The notes below the pieces were generated by a model that ran no database searches, was not told the origin of the DNA, and saw only the letters and a program-made list of their open reading frames with translations. Of a stretch of DNA of 54,769 nt, positions 54,539-54,769 are shown one piece after another. Location of the stretch: positions 1 to 54,769 of IMG/VR virus record IMGVR_UViG_3300005532_000251; one strand, given 5' to 3'. Source of the DNA: a virus (lineage: Duplodnaviria > Caudoviricetes). Within the stretch, counting starts at the first letter, position 1; each line of letters starts with the position of its first letter. A program made the position numbers and the translations under genes.

Positions 54539-54769
54539 TTACATGTCGTTTTTTTCAGCAGATGGAGCAGCGCGCAATGGAAGCAGGCACTGCGTATTCA
54601 TCACCGATTGCGCCCAGATCCACAATGCTTCACCACGCTCGCCACGGAAAACCATCGCTTCTCGCAATCCGACACAGAGGACCTCGACGCGATCCTTGCA
54701 GTGGTAGATCGCAAGAATATTGTTGACGTAAAGGATAACGTTGCCAATTTGAATAAATGGTTTGTTCAT
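54539..54769 (-). CDS. Small hypothetical protein
   Basis: ORF starting at the window edge; upstream signals are not visible. Confidence 0.5.
   Translation of the reverse strand: MNKPFIQIGNVILYVNNILAIYHCKDRVEVLCVGLREAMVFRGERGEALWIWAQSVMNTQCLLPLRAAPSAEKNDM

Noticed and set aside
1-54769. Terminal repeats or proof of circularity
   Set aside because: The window begins and ends exactly at start codons of outward-trimmed genes and shows no terminal repeat, so completeness cannot be judged.

Overview
This window looks like a near-complete temperate siphovirus-type phage genome with plasmid traits. The small-protein families, XRE-TPR regulator and amidase C-terminal domain resemble those I recall from Ktedonobacteria (filamentous Chloroflexota); that host is an inference. 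Gene order: replication initiator with internal 21-bp-periodic repeats; membrane protein plus FtsK/HerA-like ATPase; ParM/ParR-like partition pair; accessory genes; XRE-TPR regulator; a second iteron block; terminase; glycoside hydrolase; tyrosine recombinase; RNA ligase; portal-MuF fusion; protease; capsid; an extra appendage module; head-tail and tail genes with a -1 frameshift chaperone; tape measure; tail tip; membrane morons; leftward operons; amidase endolysin and holin. Four candidates for undescribed biology stand out. (1) An antisense moron at 37.6-38.85 kb encodes a stand-alone Cas11c (Cas8c C-terminus)-like protein fused to a ribbon-helix-helix domain, a possible Cascade-mimic anti-CRISPR with built-in Aca function. 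(2) A TraB/clt-like module has 13 GGAAAC repeats embedded in the ATPase gene and may move the prophage-plasmid between hyphae. (3) A tandem array of four promoter + short leader + long hairpin units at 52.98-53.43 kb, with similar solo units elsewhere, may be a phage small-RNA battery. (4) Copies of the 11.2 kb iteron recur in the late region. All protein assignments come from motif recognition by eye; no searches were run.
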